DNA of 64,000 bases from Podarcis gaigeae. Lineage: Eukaryota. Location of the stretch: NCBI GenBank assembly GCA_964106915.2, contig OZ066914.1; one strand, written 5' to 3'. Below are positions 61,924-64,000 of the stretch, piece after piece. The position numbers and the translations under genes are program-made. Below the pieces are notes generated by a model, which was not told where the DNA came from, did no database searches, and saw only the letters and a list, made by a program, of their open reading frames with translations. The stretch's first letter is position 1; the number at the start of each line of letters is the position of its first letter.

Positions 61924-62883
61924 TACTGAGATAATTTGGAGGGATGGGTTTCTGACTGGAAATGGAACTCTTCACATTTTAGGGCCAACAGGGATCAACC
62001 GGCTGACAGCTAATCCATAGCTGAGAGCCATGGTGGAGAGCCCTTTGGCTTTTGCTCTTTGGCTTTCACCTCTGGCTCCCATGAATACCTGAAGGGTGGG
62101 AAGAACAGACACAAGCTCAGAATACAGACTGCAGCCTTCCAGGTGTTTCCTTTCTTTCCCCCTCCAGTCCACTGATCCAAACCTACACCAAAAGCCCTCC
62201 TCCAGGTTACAGTGGAGTGGGCTTCTGAGATGTTTGGAACTTGAAGGAGAAACTCTCCCACAGACCACAGTGACCTGCCGGGTCTACAAGGGATATATTT
62301 TATGTGCTGCATGAGTGACAACTTCTAGTAACTGCTTTTAAGAACTGTCTTTAAAACCACTCATTCTGTCAGCGTTCCTTCATTCTCCCCTTTGCCCAGC
62401 TTATAGCAACTCTTATCCCCTCCCACCACCCATGGAAGTGATAAAAAAAAAAACCCTCTAGAAGTTTTCAATCTAAGCCACTTTTTTTTTAATTCCAAAG
62501 CAACACACAATGTCTCCCTTGAATTCAGTGACCTTTCCTCCCGCTTTTGCCTGCAAGAAGCATTTGTCAAGAAGGCAGCAGGAGCCCACCTCATACTAGT
62601 GAACCTATTGTTTGCAGACTTGCTCTTTCGCTGTGCATGGCGGCCAGCTGTGAACTCTCACCTGAATAAGAGCTTGATTGACAGCTGTTGGGCAGCGGCA
62701 GGGGAAGGGAATCCACAAATCTCAATAGCACACGGAGGAATGAGAAAGTTGTTCAACACACATAAATGTTGGGCAATATCCATTCTTATGAAGAGCCTTA
62801 AGCAAGCCGTTCTTAAAATGCAGAAGGTATGTTTGGTGTGATTGTCCACTAACACTGAATGAAGCTCACAGGGCCAGACCAAA

Positions 62884-63655
62884 GCTTAAGAACATATGGA
62901 TGGTCTGCTGGATCAGGCCAGTGGCCCATCTGGTCCAACATCCTGTTTTTACAGTGGTCAACCAGATGTCTATGGAAAACTTGAGTGCAAAAGGACTCTC
63001 CCCTCCTGTGGTTTCCAGTAACTTGGTATTCAGAAACTTACTATCTCCAACAGTAGGGCAGAGGCAGTTTTAGGAGCAGAGCACAAGAGGCAAGGGAGGG
63101 CTGAACTTTGAGAGCCCACTGGGTGGATGTTTCAGAGCATGACCATCGGGGCTGGTAGGGACATATAGCCACATCCTCCATGAATTTGCTTAATCCTCTT
63201 TTAAGGTAAAGGTAAAGGTACCCCTGCCCGTACGGGCCAGTCTTGACAGACTCTGGGGTTGTGCGCCCATCTCACTCAAGAGGCCAGGGGCCAGCGCTGT
63301 CCGGAGACACTTCCGGGTCACGTGGCCAGCGTGACAAAGCTGCATCTGGCGAGCCAGAGCCGCACACGGAAACGCCGTTTACCTTCCCGCTGGTAAGCGG
63401 TCCCTATTTATCTACTTGCACCCGGAGGTGCTTTCGAACTGCTAGGTTGGCAGGCGCTGGGACCGAGCAGCGGGAGCGCACCCCGCCGCAGGGATTCGAA
63501 CCGCCGACCTTTCGATCGGCAAGTCCTAGGCGCTGAGGCTTTAACCCACAGCGCCACCTGCGTCCCTAATCCTCTTTTAAATCCTCGGCTTTTTAATCCT
63601 CTTTTAAAGCCGTGCAAATTGGTCACCATCACTACCTCTCGTGGTAAACATTTTC
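62884..63655 (-). mobile_element. Old CR1-type 3' end hosting a Sauria SINE
   Basis: TAAGAACATA...GCTGGATCAGGCCAGTGGCCCATCT and CCTCCATGAATTTG...AATCCTCTTTTAAAGCC motifs, which recur elsewhere in the window. Confidence 0.6.
63205..63566 (-). mobile_element. Sauria SINE, very young copy
   Basis: TSD TAATCCTCTTTTAA (63191-63204, 63567-63580). Confidence 0.95.
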
Positions 63656-63848
63656 TGCCTGAGGTGAAGGACAACATCACAGGTCTTTCTTCACCTTCTG
63701 TCTCCACCTCTTTCTCCAGCTGCTTTCTGGCTGTGCTAGCCCCACTCTATCTGACACACATTTACTGCCCTCCCTCAGCATTTGTACCTGGAATCGACCA
63801 CCTCACTGTGCCTAATGGGAGGACCAGACCCAGCAACCCACTGTCCAG

Positions 63849-64000
63849 GTTGTTGTTGTTTAGTCGTTTAGTCGTGTCCGACTCTTTGTGACCCCATGGA
63901 CTAGAGCACGCCAGGCACTCCTGTCTTCCACTGCCTCCTGCAGTTTGGTCAAACCCATGTTGGTAGCTTCGAGAACACTGTCCAACCATCTCATCCTCTG
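63849..64000 (-). mobile_element. BovB (RTE) LINE 3' end, runs off the window
   Basis: GTTGTTGTTGTTTAGTCGTTTAGTCGTGTCCGACTC, homologous to the copy at 48489. Confidence 0.9.

Overview
Eukaryotic (vertebrate) genomic DNA, almost certainly a lacertid-type lizard, judged from its Sauria/Squam1 and Squam3 SINEs, BovB, L2, CR1 and squamate MITEs. Positions ~2.8-19.6 kb hold the 3' two-thirds of the galactosylceramidase gene GALC on the + strand. Eleven coding exons, equivalent to human exons 7-17, splice in frame through GT-AG junctions to a TGA at 17731-17733, followed by a ~1.6 kb 3' UTR. The remaining ~44 kb has no recognisable host gene: it is repeat-rich intergenic DNA with some repeat-free blocks that may be conserved non-coding elements. 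Most ORFs in the supplied track are spurious. Main observations: (i) a young solo LTR (30056-30816, 5-bp TSD) whose U3 is one intact ~200-codon ORF, acidic/Ser-rich with an Arg-rich end; a second, unrelated LTR-like element (23178-23850) has the same architecture and ends in RRSARL, the core of the HMGN nucleosome-binding motif; (ii) a Penelope-like palindromic insertion with a minimal hammerhead ribozyme motif on each strand; (iii) an L1 inserted into the 3' splice site of GALC exon 13; (iv) a (CTT)n tract acting as the polypyrimidine tract of exon 16; (v) near-identical young Sauria SINE copies. Family names come from recognition, not from database searches.
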